The notes beneath the pieces are model-generated. The model was not told the origin of the DNA. It saw nothing but the letters and a program-made list of their open reading frames with translations, and did no database searches. Below, piece by piece: positions 26,801 to 37,454 of a DNA stretch of 64,000 bases (position 1 is the stretch's first letter; every line of letters starts with the position of its first letter). A program made the translations under genes and the position numbers. This stretch comes from Candidatus Rokuibacteriota bacterium. GTDB taxonomy: Bacteria > Methylomirabilota > Methylomirabilia > Rokubacteriales > CSP1-6. Location of the stretch: contig DAIRVP010000001.1 in the NCBI GenBank assembly GCA_036802765.1, positions 2,153 to 66,152 on the forward strand, written 5' to 3'.

Positions 26801-28327
26801 ATGAGGCACGTCATGAGAGTCCTGCTCGGTGCGGCGCTCGTCGTCGCGCTGGTGCCGGTGGTCGGCCTCGCCGCCGAAGGCGAGCTGCGTTATGGCCTGC
26901 ACGTCACCGTTCCCGCCAAGTGGCTGGACCCCGGGGAAACCGAGGCCTTCAGTACGCCGTACATGGTGCTTTACGCCGTTCACGACGCGCTGGTGAAGCC
27001 GATGCCGGCCGGCATGACCACGCCGAGCCTTGCGGAATCCTGGAATGAATCGAAAGACCATCTGACCTACACGTTCACGCTGCGCAAGAACGCCAAGTTC
27101 CACGACGGCTCGCCAGTGACCGCCGAGGACGCGAAGTTCTCGTTCGAGCGTTACAAGGGCGCCTCCGCCACGCTGCTGAAGGAAAAGGTCAAAGAGGTTC
27201 AGGTTGTCTCGCCGGGCCAGGTGCGAGTCGTCCTCAAAGAGCCGTGGCCCGACTTCATGCTCTTCTACGGCACCACCGCCTCCGGCGCCGGCTGGATCGT
27301 GCCGAAGCACTACGTCGAGAAGGTCGGCGACGACGGGTTCAAGCGCGCGCCGATCGGCGCCGGTCCGTACAAGGTCGTCTCGTTCTCGCCCGGCGTCGAG
27401 CTGGTCCTCGAGGCGTTCGACGGCTATTGGCGAAAGGCTCCGAGCATCAAGCGGCTCGTCATGCGCACAATGACGGAAGAGAGCACCCGTGCGGCCGCGG
27501 TCAAGCGCGGCGAGGTCGATCTCGCGTATCTCTTCGCCGGACCCGTGGCCGAAGAGCTGAAGCGCACGCCGGGCATCAAGCTGGAGGCGCCCCTGCTCAC
27601 CGGCGCCTTCTGGCTCGAGCTGCCGGAGCAGTGGGACCCGAAATCACCGTGGCACGACCGGCGCGTGCGGCTGGCCGCCAGCCACGCCATCGATCGCGCC
27701 GCCATCAATCAGGCCGAAACGCTGGGATACTCGAAGCTCAACGGCTCGATCGTGCCGCGCATCTTCCAGTTCGCGGTGCCGGTCGAGCCCCCGGCCTACG
27801 ACCCGGCCCGCGCGAAGAAGCTTCTGGCCGAAGCCGGATATCCCAACGGCTTCGACGCGGGAGACTTCTATCCGTTTCCCCCGTACAACTCGATGGCGGA
27901 GGCGATCCAGGGCTACCTGCAGGCGGTCGGGATCAGGAGTCGTCTGCGCGCGATGGAGCGCGCGGCGTACTTTGCCGCGTGGCGGGAGAAGAAGCTGCAC
28001 GGCATCATCCTCGTCATCACGTCGGTCATGGGGAACGCGGCCACGCGTCTGGAACCGTACGCGACCAAGCAGGGCGTCTACGCCTACGGTTCGCTGCCAG
28101 AGATCGACGATCTCTTCTACCGTCAGGCCAAGGAGGTGGACGTCAAGAAGCGCGAGGCGCTCGTGCAGCAAATGCAGAAAATCATGACCGAGCACGTCTT
28201 GAACGTTCCCATCTACGATCTCGCATTCATCTGGGCCGTCGGTCCGCGCGTCGAGGTCAGCGGCGCCAACGCGATTCCCGGCTTTCCGTACTCGGCGCCG
28301 TTCGAGGATCTGAAGCTGAAGAAATGA
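26801..28327 (+). CDS. ABC transporter substrate-binding protein, family 5
   Basis: Signal peptide. RBS GGAGG. Confidence 0.85.
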   Translation: MRHVMRVLLGAALVVALVPVVGLAAEGELRYGLHVTVPAKWLDPGETEAFSTPYMVLYAVHDALVKPMPAGMTTPSLAESWNESKDHLTYTFTLRKNAKFHDGSPVTAEDAKFSFERYKGASATLLKEKVKEVQVVSPGQVRVVLKEPWPDFMLFYGTTASGAGWIVPKHYVEKVGDDGFKRAPIGAGPYKVVSFSPGVELVLEAFDGYWRKAPSIKRLVMRTMTEESTRAAAVKRGEVDLAYLFAGPVAEELKRTPGIKLEAPLLTGAFWLELPEQWDPKSPWHDRRVRLAASHAIDRAAINQAETLGYSKLNGSIVPRIFQFAVPVEPPAYDPARAKKLLAEAGYPNGFDAGDFYPFPPYNSMAEAIQGYLQAVGIRSRLRAMERAAYFAAWREKKLHGIILVITSVMGNAATRLEPYATKQGVYAYGSLPEIDDLFYRQAKEVDVKKREALVQQMQKIMTEHVLNVPIYDLAFIWAVGPRVEVSGANAIPGFPYSAPFEDLKLKK

Positions 28328-30423
28328 GCTATTCGCTCGGCATCGACATCGGCGGCACGTTCACCGACATCGTCGTCTACGACCACGCGCGCGGCCGACA
28401 GTACAGCCGCAAGCTGCTGACCACGCACGACGACCCTGCGCGCGCCGTCGCCACCGGCGTCGACGGATTGCTGCGTCGCCATCGCCTGCCCGCTCGGGAC
28501 TTCACGCGCGTGGTGCACGCCACCACGCTGTTCACCAACGCGCTGATCGAGCGCCGTGGTGCCGTCACGGGACTCATCACCACCACGGGCTTTGCCGATG
28601 CGCTGGAAATCGGCCGCGAGCGGAAGTTCGAGCTCTACGACCTCAATATCGTGAAGCCCGAGCCGCTCGTGCCGCGAAATTTGCGAGCAGAGGTGCGCGA
28701 GCGCCTGAGAGCCGACGGATCGGTGGAGCGACGGCTCGACGCGCGGGAGGTGGCGGCCCGCGCGAAGTCGCTCGTCGCCGCGGGTGTGACGTCCATCGCC
28801 ATCGTGTTCCTGCATTCGTATGCGAACCCGCGTCACGAGGCCGAGGCGGCACGCGTCATCGCCCGCCGCCACCGCGGCGTGTCGGTCACCACATCGCACG
28901 AGGTCGCGCCGGAGATCCGCGAATACGAGCGGGCATCGACGACGGTCGCCAACGCGTACATCAAGCCGCTGGCCCGCCAGTATCTCGACGCGATGGCCCG
29001 ACGCGTGGCCGCGCTGGGCATCCCGGCGCCGCTGCTGCTGATGCTCTCGAGCGGTGGGCTGACGCACGTGGCCGAAGCCGAACGCACACCGGTGCAGATG
29101 CTCGAGTCCGGCCCGGCCGCCGGCGCGCTTGCCGCTGCGTTCTTCGGCCGCGAGGACAGCCGCGGCAACCTGCTCGCCTTCGACATGGGCGGGACGACGG
29201 CGAAGCTGTCACTCGTGGACGGCGGCGAGCCGCTGACCGCCTACGCCTTCGAGGCCGCGCGACAGAAACGGTTCATGGAAGGCAGCGGGCTGCCGATCCG
29301 GATCTCGACCATCGAGCTCATCGAGATCGGCGCCGGCGGCGGTTCCATCGCGTCCGTCGACGAGATCGGGCTGCTCAAGGTCGGCCCGCGCAGCGCCGGA
29401 TCACACCCGGGTCCGGCGTCCTACGGCCTCGGAGGCGCCGAGCCGACGGTGACCGACGCGGACTTCCTGCTCGGTTACCTCAATCCCGAGTACTTCGCGG
29501 GCGGCGAAGTGCGCGTCGACATCGACGCCGCGCGCCGAGCCATCGACCGGCTCGCCAAGCAGGTGGGTCTCCCGCAGACGGACGTCGCGTGGGGCATCCA
29601 CGACGTCGTCAACGAGAACATGGCCTCCGCCGCGCGCGTGCACGTCGCCGAGCGCGGCCGCGATCCGCGGGATTACGCCTTGCTCTGCACGGGCGGCGCC
29701 GGTCCGGTGCACGCGTGGGGCGTCGCGCGCAAGCTCGGCCTGCACCAGATTATCTGCCCGCCGGCCGCGGGCGTCGCGTCCGCCCTTGGTCTGCTCGTCG
29801 CGCCCGCGCGGGTCGATCGCATGGCCACGGTCGGCATCCGGCTCGACCGCGACAGTCCCGTGGCGCTGGAAGACGCGTTCCAGCGATTGGAAGAGGAGGC
29901 CCGCGCGGTGATGGCAGACACGGGACTGAAGCTCGAAACCGCGACCGTCACGCGCCTGGCCGACGGGCGGTTTCTCGGACAAGGCTTCGATCTCGTCGTC
30001 GATCTGCCGCCGGGCCCGTACATGGACAACACGGAGAGTCGGCGACGACTGGCCGACGCGTTCGAAGCGGCGTATCGCGACAAGTTCGCGCTCACACCGC
30101 CCGACGTGCCGATCGAGTTCATCAACATCCGCGTCGCCGTGCGAGCCCCGGTCGCGGGCGCCGACGTCACCGTCCATGGCGAGACGGCGGACGGCGGCCG
30201 CGCGGTGAAAGGCGCGCGCCCGGCGTACTTCGCCGAGCGCCGCGGCTTCGTCGACACCACGGTGTACGACCGTGGTCGCCTGGTGTCGGGCGACGAGGTG
30301 CGCGGGCCGGCGGTCGTCGAGGAAGAAGGCTCGACGCTGGTCATCGGGCCCGGCGGGGTCGCGCGCGTGGCGCCGAGCGGCAATCTCGTCGTGACGCTCC
30401 CCGACCCGGAGTCGCGACCATGA
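28324..30423 (+). CDS. hyuA: Hydantoinase/oxoprolinase A subunit (HyuA family)
   Basis: MSYSLGIDIGGTFTDIV... ATGA overlap. Confidence 0.85.
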   Translation: MSYSLGIDIGGTFTDIVVYDHARGRQYSRKLLTTHDDPARAVATGVDGLLRRHRLPARDFTRVVHATTLFTNALIERRGAVTGLITTTGFADALEIGRERKFELYDLNIVKPEPLVPRNLRAEVRERLRADGSVERRLDAREVAARAKSLVAAGVTSIAIVFLHSYANPRHEAEAARVIARRHRGVSVTTSHEVAPEIREYERASTTVANAYIKPLARQYLDAMARRVAALGIPAPLLLMLSSGGLTHVAEAERTPVQMLESGPAAGALAAAFFGREDSRGNLLAFDMGGTTAKLSLVDGGEPLTAYAFEAARQKRFMEGSGLPIRISTIELIEIGAGGGSIASVDEIGLLKVGPRSAGSHPGPASYGLGGAEPTVTDADFLLGYLNPEYFAGGEVRVDIDAARRAIDRLAKQVGLPQTDVAWGIHDVVNENMASAARVHVAERGRDPRDYALLCTGGAGPVHAWGVARKLGLHQIICPPAAGVASALGLLVAPARVDRMATVGIRLDRDSPVALEDAFQRLEEEARAVMADTGLKLETATVTRLADGRFLGQGFDLVVDLPPGPYMDNTESRRRLADAFEAAYRDKFALTPPDVPIEFINIRVAVRAPVAGADVTVHGETADGGRAVKGARPAYFAERRGFVDTTVYDRGRLVSGDEVRGPAVVEEEGSTLVIGPGGVARVAPSGNLVVTLPDPESRP

Positions 30424-32030
30424 GCGCGCGGCTGGATGCGGTCACGCTCGAAGTGTTGTGGACGCGCATCATCTCGGTCGTCGACGAGGCGGCCAAGGCG
30501 ATCGTGCGGACGTCATTCTCCACGCTGTCCAACGAGGCGAACGACTTCGCGTGCGTGCTGACCGACGCGCGGGGCCGCGCGCTCGCCCAGAACACCGGCT
30601 CCATCCCGTCGTTCATCGGCACGCTGCCGGCGACCGTGCGCCACTTCATCCGCGAGCTCGGCGTCGACTCGATGAAGCCGGGTGACGTGCTGATCACCAA
30701 CGACGCGTGGATGGGCACCGGCCATATGAGCGACGTCTCGGTGCTCAAACCCATCTTCCATCGCGACCGTCTCGTCGCCTTCTCGGCGACGACGTCGCAC
30801 ATGCCGGACATCGGCGGTCGCATCCGGGCCATCGAGGCGCGCGAGATCTTCGAGGAAGGTCTGCACATCCCGCTGGCGCGCCTGAGGCGCGATGGCCGCG
30901 TGGACGACACACTGGTCGCGCTGATTCGCGCCAACGTTCGCACGCCCGACCAGACGATGGGAGACATCTGGGCGCAGGTGAGCGCCAATGAGCTGATGGA
31001 GCGCCGCGTGCGGGCGCTGATGGACGATTACCATCTCGACACGCTGGAGACGCTCGGGGACGAGCTCTTCAGCCGCTCGGAGCGCGCGATGCGCGACGCG
31101 ATCCGCGCCGTGCCGGATGGCACGTATCGTTATGGCTTTCGCACCGACGGCACCGGCGCGCCCTTCGAGTTCAAGATCGCGCTCACGGTGAAGGGCGACG
31201 AGATCATTGCCGACTACACGGGCACCTCGCCGCAGCAGCCGCGCGCCATCAATTGCGTGATGGCCTACACGTACGCGATGACGGCGTACGCGGTGCGGTG
31301 CGTGCTGCTGCCGGGGCTGCCGAACAACGAGGGCATGTACCGGCCGATTACCGTCGAAGCGCCCGAAGGCTCCATCCTGAACCCGCGCTTCCCCGCCGCG
31401 GTGGTGAGCCGCGCCACCACGGGCCACTACGTGCCCGCGCTCGTGCTCGGCGCTCTGCATCGCGTGATCCCCGATCGCGTGATGGCGGGCGTCGGCTCGC
31501 CGCTGTGGGCGCTGAGCCTGTCCAGCACACGCGCCGACGGCAAGCCCTACACGACGGTGCTGTTCTTCAACGGCGGGATGGGCGCCACGCCGCTCAAGGA
31601 CGGCGAAAACGTGCTGTCGTGGCCCAGCAACATCTCGTCGACGCCGGTCGAGGTCGCCGAGCGCCAGAGCCCGCTCTTCTTCCACTACAAGCGGCTGCGC
31701 CCGAGCTCAGGCGGAGCCGGCCGCTTCCGCGGCGGCCTCGGTCAGGACATTTCGATCGAGAGCCGCTCGGCGCGGCCGATGGTGCTCAGTGTGATGGCCG
31801 AGCGCACGGCGTACCCGGCGCCTGGTCTCGCCGGCGGTGCCGCCGGCGGCTTGGGCGACGTGCAAATCAACGGTCGCCGCATCGACAACCGCAGGCAGCA
31901 CATTCTCGAGCGCGGCGATCGCGTGCTCGTGCGCACACCTGGCGGGGGCGGCTACGGCCCACGGCGGCAGCGCAGCAAAAATCTGATCGCGCGGGATCGT
32001 GCGCTGGGCTATGTGACCCGCGGCCGCTGA
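30420..32030 (+). CDS. hyuB: Hydantoinase/oxoprolinase B subunit (HyuB family)
   Basis: ATGA overlap with hyuA. HyuB signature regions. Confidence 0.85.
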   Translation: MSARLDAVTLEVLWTRIISVVDEAAKAIVRTSFSTLSNEANDFACVLTDARGRALAQNTGSIPSFIGTLPATVRHFIRELGVDSMKPGDVLITNDAWMGTGHMSDVSVLKPIFHRDRLVAFSATTSHMPDIGGRIRAIEAREIFEEGLHIPLARLRRDGRVDDTLVALIRANVRTPDQTMGDIWAQVSANELMERRVRALMDDYHLDTLETLGDELFSRSERAMRDAIRAVPDGTYRYGFRTDGTGAPFEFKIALTVKGDEIIADYTGTSPQQPRAINCVMAYTYAMTAYAVRCVLLPGLPNNEGMYRPITVEAPEGSILNPRFPAAVVSRATTGHYVPALVLGALHRVIPDRVMAGVGSPLWALSLSSTRADGKPYTTVLFFNGGMGATPLKDGENVLSWPSNISSTPVEVAERQSPLFFHYKRLRPSSGGAGRFRGGLGQDISIESRSARPMVLSVMAERTAYPAPGLAGGAAGGLGDVQINGRRIDNRRQHILERGDRVLVRTPGGGGYGPRRQRSKNLIARDRALGYVTRGR

Positions 32031-32168
32031 CTGGATCGAAGTCGGAGCGAGACCAGCCCTTCGTCGCATCCCGATCGTTGCCAATCGAGGACAACAAAGC
32101 GTTGCGCAGTCCGATGACGTCAGTGCTGCGTCGGCCCGCGCTGCGCCAACAACGGCGCGTGGCCGCGC

Positions 32169-33032
32169 GTGGCGAGCTTGTTGCTCTCACACACGCGCAT
32201 GCTCAATCTGAAATTCGTCATCGTCACCTCTGGTCGTCTCCCCGAAGCCTACTTCCTCGCATTCCACCTCGACTCGCGCAGGCAGCAATTCGCGATCGTC
32301 GACGTTGCTCGCCCTGCGGGCAGTTATCTGAACGTGCTGCGCCGGCTGCGTCGCTCGCGCGGCGCCCTGTATGTTGCCGATCTGCTGCTGGCGCGGCTGA
32401 CGGATCGGCTGCTGACCCCGATCGTGCGGCCCACGCTACCGCCGGGCTCCAGCGCCTTTCCCGAAGTCGACGCTGGGCGCATCGAACACATTCTCGCTCG
32501 GCACCCGCACATCGAGTGCACGGATCCTCACGCGCCCGAGGTGCTCGACTTCGTGCGCACGTTCGGCCCCGACTACATCCTGCTCGCCGGGTGCCCAATT
32601 CTGAAAGAGTGCTTCTACGGCCTTGCGCGCCGTGGCGCGCTGAACCGCCATCTGGGAATGCTGCCGGAGTTCCGGGGAGCGGACTGCCCATGGTGGGCCT
32701 TCGCGCTCGAGCAGCCCGACCGCGCCGGCTACTCGATCCACGTGGTCAGCGAGCGCGTGGACGCCGGCGACGTCGTGCTCCGGCGATGTGTGGCCGTTCA
32801 GGACGAGCCTTCGTTGCCTCGTTATCTGCGCCGACTCCGTCGCGAGGCGTCGCAAGCGTTCGTGGAGGTCGTCGATCAACTCCTTCACGGTGCGCCGCTG
32901 TCCAGCGAGCCGCAGAACGGCGCGGGACGCTACTATCCGCCCGCGGGACTCGTGACGCAGTTGCGTGCGTGCCGCAGCTACGCCCGCATCCTCCGCTCAG
33001 CGTCCCTGACGCTCACCCCAAAACGCGCGTGA
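32169..33032 (+). CDS. Formyltransferase-family protein (Formyl_trans_N-like)
   Basis: ...ILLAGCPILKE... and HPS-like motifs. The start may be at 32199. Confidence 0.55.
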   Translation: MASLLLSHTRMLNLKFVIVTSGRLPEAYFLAFHLDSRRQQFAIVDVARPAGSYLNVLRRLRRSRGALYVADLLLARLTDRLLTPIVRPTLPPGSSAFPEVDAGRIEHILARHPHIECTDPHAPEVLDFVRTFGPDYILLAGCPILKECFYGLARRGALNRHLGMLPEFRGADCPWWAFALEQPDRAGYSIHVVSERVDAGDVVLRRCVAVQDEPSLPRYLRRLRREASQAFVEVVDQLLHGAPLSSEPQNGAGRYYPPAGLVTQLRACRSYARILRSASLTLTPKRA

Positions 33033-34157
33033 TGCCAGCCGCGCCCCCTCGGCGAGGCTTCGCATCTTCGCCCACGCGACGCCGGGATCCACGGCGGCCT
33101 GACCGACCCACGTGCCGAAGCCACAGTCGGTGCTTCCGAGGACACGCTCGCGGCCGACGAGCGCGGCATAGCGGCCGATCCGCTGCGCCACCAGCTCGGG
33201 ATGCTCGATGTAATTCGTTTTCGACTCGATGACGCCGGGAATCAGGATCTTGTCGTCCGGCAGCTTCACGCGCTCGAACACCGTCCACTCGTGACCGTGC
33301 CGCGGATTGGCAGCCTCGAACGAGATGGCCGAGGGCCGCGCGGCGAAGACGATGTCGATGATGTCCGCTAACGCGACGTCGTAGTGATGCGGGCCCTCGT
33401 AGTTGCCCCAGCATACGTGCATGCGCAGCTGCTCGGGCGGGATGTTGGCGGTGGCGTGATTGAGCGCCTCGACGTGCAGCCGCGCCGCCCTGCGGAACTC
33501 CGCGAGACTCAGCTGCGCGTACTGGATGTGCCGGCCCATGGCCAGGTCGGGACAATCGATCTGTAAGATCAGGCCGGCGCGCGCGATGGTCTCGTACTCG
33601 TGGCGCATGGCATCGGCGATCGCGGCCAGGTACGCCTCGTGGCTCGCGTAGTGATCGTTGTGGAAGAAGAGCGAGATCACGCCGGGCGAGGCCGCCGAGA
33701 GAAATCCCTCGCCGGCCTTCGCGCGGGCCACCGCCGTCGTGACGACCTCGGCGTCGGTCTGCGCGGCGCGCGGATCGCGCACGCTGATCGGCCCCGTGCA
33801 CGCGGGGGTCCGCCGCCGTGAGCGGCCGGGATCGCCGAACACGCGCTGCGCGAGCTCGGGGAACTCCGCGAGATCCTGGTAGACGAGCGCGTGGCTTTCG
33901 CCGCCGAAGCCGTGCAGGCGATCCTTGATGTAGGTCGCGTAGCTCGGCTTGCTCAGCTCGCCGTCGTTGACGACGTCGAGCCCGCACTCGACCTGCATGC
34001 GCACCACGTCGTCGACGGCGGCGCGAATGCGGGCCGCCAGCGCCGTCGGATCGACCGGCACCCCTTCCTCGCGCGCGAACATCATGCGGATCAGATCCGG
34101 CGGTCGCGGCAGGCTTCCGGTGTGCGTCGTGAGGAATCGCTCCGTGCTGCGCTTCAC
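32997..34157 (-). CDS. MetE C-terminal-domain-like protein (cobalamin-independent methionine synthase family methyltransferase)
   Basis: Meth_synt_2-like 386-aa protein. Confidence 0.7.
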   Translation of the reverse strand: MKRSTERFLTTHTGSLPRPPDLIRMMFAREEGVPVDPTALAARIRAAVDDVVRMQVECGLDVVNDGELSKPSYATYIKDRLHGFGGESHALVYQDLAEFPELAQRVFGDPGRSRRRTPACTGPISVRDPRAAQTDAEVVTTAVARAKAGEGFLSAASPGVISLFFHNDHYASHEAYLAAIADAMRHEYETIARAGLILQIDCPDLAMGRHIQYAQLSLAEFRRAARLHVEALNHATANIPPEQLRMHVCWGNYEGPHHYDVALADIIDIVFAARPSAISFEAANPRHGHEWTVFERVKLPDDKILIPGVIESKTNYIEHPELVAQRIGRYAALVGRERVLGSTDCGFGTWVGQAAVDPGVAWAKMRSLAEGARLASRAFWGERQGR

Positions 34158-34372
34158 GAGTGCCCTCCCAGATCCGGAATGGACAGCACCAGATGCAGCG
34201 ACCCACCGAGCTCGTTCAGTCGTCGCGGGTTCCAGCGCACGAACGCGGCGCGCTCCTCGTCGGTCAGCTCGGCCGCGCTCAGCGCGTCGGCCGGATCGCG
34301 GCGGAAGCGCTCGCGAAAGGCGGCGTCCTTCTTGAGCCGGTACAGCAGCACGTTGACGTCGTAACGGCTCAT
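34154..34372 (-). CDS. LigA-like small subunit of a class III extradiol dioxygenase
   Basis: 72 aa MSRYDVNVLLYRLKKDAAFRERFRRDPADALSAAELTDEERAAF... Confidence 0.55.
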   Translation of the reverse strand: MSRYDVNVLLYRLKKDAAFRERFRRDPADALSAAELTDEERAAFVRWNPRRLNELGGSLHLVLSIPDLGGHS

Positions 34373-35211
34373 AGGATGCACTCCACCGCGGCGAGATCGA
34401 TGCGACCCATCTCGCCGAAAAACCGAACGCGCGCGCGGGCGGGGGCCACGGCGCCCAGCAGCACCATCCAGTTCAGCAGCTCGTGCGATCCCGTGGTGTG
34501 CAGCTCCTTGGACGTGAGCGCGGTGAGGCTCGCGTGATCGCCGCGCTCCATCAAGCCCACCACGCGGCGGTCGAACTCGGGATCGGACTCGCCGACCCGC
34601 GCCAGCGACAGCTCGGGAAAGTGCGAGAGGCCACCGGTGGCGATGATGCCGACGTTCCACGGGCTGTTCGCCACGACGCGCGCGATGTGCTGGCCCGCCG
34701 CGAAGCAGCGGCGCGCCGATGGCAGCGGCGAGACGAAGCAGTTGACCCAGAAGGGCACGAGCGGCGTCATCGGCCGCTCGCCGTGCAACACGCTCAGCGG
34801 TGAGAGGAAGGCGTGATCGAGCGGCGCCGACCACGAGGCGGCGAAATCGAAGCCGGCCTCGAGGCCGTCCTCGAGGATCCTGTTGGCGAGATCCTCGTGC
34901 AGCGGATAGCGGTCGGCCAGCCCGTCGAGCGCGCGATCGAATTCGATCGCGCCCTGCTGCGCCATCCGCGACACCGAGCGGCCAATGCGCACGCACATCG
35001 CCGGCACGGCATCGAACGAGAACACATTCAGGTGATCGTCGGCCACGACGACGAGCGCGTCGGGACGCCGCGCGGCGAGCTCGCGGCCCATCTCACCCAC
35101 GACGGCGATCAGCTCCTCCACCATCCGCTTGCCGTGTGGCCCGACGTTTTTCTCGTAGTACGGCGGATGCAGCACGTGCGACATCGCCGCCGCGTAGACG
35201 ATCCGGCCCAT
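34369..35211 (-). CDS. LigB-type class III extradiol ring-cleavage dioxygenase catalytic subunit
   Basis: 280 aa. His ligand motifs. Confidence 0.8.
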   Translation of the reverse strand: MGRIVYAAAMSHVLHPPYYEKNVGPHGKRMVEELIAVVGEMGRELAARRPDALVVVADDHLNVFSFDAVPAMCVRIGRSVSRMAQQGAIEFDRALDGLADRYPLHEDLANRILEDGLEAGFDFAASWSAPLDHAFLSPLSVLHGERPMTPLVPFWVNCFVSPLPSARRCFAAGQHIARVVANSPWNVGIIATGGLSHFPELSLARVGESDPEFDRRVVGLMERGDHASLTALTSKELHTTGSHELLNWMVLLGAVAPARARVRFFGEMGRIDLAAVECIL

Positions 35212-35344
35212 CTCAGAACGTGGGGGGCCCCGACATGGCCCCCCAAATTGACCGAGCGAAGGGGCTACGCCCCCTCGGCCTCCCCGGCCAGCGCTCGTCC
35301 CGGCCCGGCAAAGCCGTGCCGGGCCTCGATCCGCGCTGCATCAC

Positions 35345-36439
35345 TTAGAACACCACGACGCCGCGCGCGACCTGTCCCGAGCGAAGCGCCGCAAAACCCT
35401 CGTTGATTTCCTCGAGCCGGTACGTCCGGCTCACCAGCTCGTCGATCTTGAGCTGACCGGCGAGATACTGATCCACCAGCCACGGGAAATCGAGGTTCGG
35501 CCGCACCGACCCGTACATCGTCCCTTTGATGCACTTCTCCTGGAGCGCCATCATGTAGGGCGTGATCGGCGCGCGAACGTTCATCGCGGCCATGCCGACG
35601 ATGACGGCGGTGCCGCCGGGCCGGATCGCGTCGAGGATCTGCAGCGTGGTGGCCTCGCCGCCGATCGCGTCGAACGCATAGTCCACGCCGCGCCCGGCCG
35701 TCAGCGAGCGGACGAGCTCCACCGCGTTGGTCTTCGACGCGTTCACAGTGTGCGTGGCGCCGAACTTCTTGGCGAACTCGAGCTTGTTGTCGAGCAGGTC
35801 GACGGCCACGATGATGCCGGCGCCGGCGAGCCGCGCGCCCTGAACGACGTTCAATCCGACGCCGCCGCAGCCGACGATCATAACCGACGCGCCAGGCTCG
35901 ACCTCGGCGCAGCGCGTGACCGCGCCGACACCGGTCGGGACGCAGCAACCGAGCAACGCCGCCTGCGGCCACGGCATCTCCTTGCGGATCGGCACGAGCT
36001 GCTCGGCGGGGCAGACGACCTGCTCGGCGAACGTCCCGATGCGCGCCATCTGCTTGATCTCGTCGCCGTTGCGCTTCAGACGGTGCGTGCCGTCGAACAT
36101 CACCCAGCGCGGGCTGTCGTTGTGGCCGTCGCAGAGGATCGAGCGGCCGATCGAGCAGTAGAGGCAGCGACCGCAGTGCGGCCGAAACGAGAAGATGACG
36201 TGATCGCCAGGCTTGACGTTCGTCACGCCGGGCGCGACCTCTTCGACGATGCCCGCCGCCTCGTGGCCGAGCACCATCGGCAGCGGCAGTGGCCAGTCGC
36301 CGTTCATGATGTGCCAGTCGCTGTGACACACGCCCGCCGCCTTGACCTTCACGCGCGCTTCGCCGGCCTTCGGTCCCTGCTGCTCGACGTCTACGACCTC
36401 GAGCCCCATGTTCGCCTTGTAGAGCACCGCGGCTTTCAT
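35345..36439 (-). CDS. Zn-dependent alcohol dehydrogenase (class III-like)
   Basis: AGVCHSD with the Cys codon intact. Confidence 0.85.
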   Translation of the reverse strand: MKAAVLYKANMGLEVVDVEQQGPKAGEARVKVKAAGVCHSDWHIMNGDWPLPLPMVLGHEAAGIVEEVAPGVTNVKPGDHVIFSFRPHCGRCLYCSIGRSILCDGHNDSPRWVMFDGTHRLKRNGDEIKQMARIGTFAEQVVCPAEQLVPIRKEMPWPQAALLGCCVPTGVGAVTRCAEVEPGASVMIVGCGGVGLNVVQGARLAGAGIIVAVDLLDNKLEFAKKFGATHTVNASKTNAVELVRSLTAGRGVDYAFDAIGGEATTLQILDAIRPGGTAVIVGMAAMNVRAPITPYMMALQEKCIKGTMYGSVRPNLDFPWLVDQYLAGQLKIDELVSRTYRLEEINEGFAALRSGQVARGVVVF

Positions 36440-36551
36440 GCTTGGCCTCCTCGGCTTCCCAAACGTGCGACAACCCTACTCGGCCGGAGGGGCGGCGGTC
36501 AACGCCGCGCGTCGGCGCGGCGGCGGGACGCCGATTTGCCACGGGCGCCGC

Positions 36552-37454
36552 CTAGGCGCGACGCACGGCTCGCGCCATACCGACCGCGACGCCGGCGATG
36601 CCGACGAGCTGCACGACCGCGGGCACTTCGCCGAGCACGACCACGCCCAGCGACACAGCGAACACGGGAACGAGCGGCATGAAGAGCGAGGCGAGTCCGT
36701 CGCCGAGCACTCGGATCGCCCACGCGTACAGGGCGAGCGCGACGATCGCGACACCGAGTCCCTGAAACAGAGCCTGAAAGATGACCTCGCCGCGCGGCGC
36801 ATCGAGCACGCGGCGTCCTGCGACGACGGCGTAGAACGGAACGTATGGAAGCGCCAGCACCCACACCGCAGCCGTCGCGGGCAGCGGGTCGATCCGCCAT
36901 CGCCGCGCGGCAACGGTGAAGAGCGCCCACAGCACGGCGGCCACGGTGAACAGCGCGTCGCCGAGCCAGGCGGTGCCGCCGGCGGCGAGCGCGGGCCAGC
37001 CGACGAGCGTCAGTCCGATCACGATCAGCGCGAGGCCGAGCGCCTTCGACGACGACTGCCGCTCGCCGAGCCAGAGCCATGCGAGCACCGCGGCGAACAC
37101 CGGCATGGCGCCGGTGATGATGACAGCGCCGTGCGCCGCCGGGGCCTGCGTGAGTCCCGCATACATGATGAGCGTGTACGGCCCGCCGGCGCCGAGGGAC
37201 AGCACGGCGATTCGCCGCCATGCGCGCGTGCCGTCGGGCGGGCGTCGGATGACGATCGGCAGGCTGACGAGCCCGGCGACGGTGAAGCGCAGGGCCGCCA
37301 GATCCCAGAGCGGGATCGTGCGCTGCATGCTCCAGCGCGAGAACACGAACTGGCTGGCGTAGATCAACATCGCGAGCACCGCCGCGCCGACTGCCAGCGC
37401 GCGGCGCGCTCGCGAGGGCGCGACGCTCAGCTCGACGCTGGGGGCCGGCGCCAC
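36552..37454 (-). CDS. EamA/DMT-family transporter
   Basis: 10-TM profile. Confidence 0.75.
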   Translation of the reverse strand: MAPAPSVELSVAPSRARRALAVGAAVLAMLIYASQFVFSRWSMQRTIPLWDLAALRFTVAGLVSLPIVIRRPPDGTRAWRRIAVLSLGAGGPYTLIMYAGLTQAPAAHGAVIITGAMPVFAAVLAWLWLGERQSSSKALGLALIVIGLTLVGWPALAAGGTAWLGDALFTVAAVLWALFTVAARRWRIDPLPATAAVWVLALPYVPFYAVVAGRRVLDAPRGEVIFQALFQGLGVAIVALALYAWAIRVLGDGLASLFMPLVPVFAVSLGVVVLGEVPAVVQLVGIAGVAVGMARAVRRA

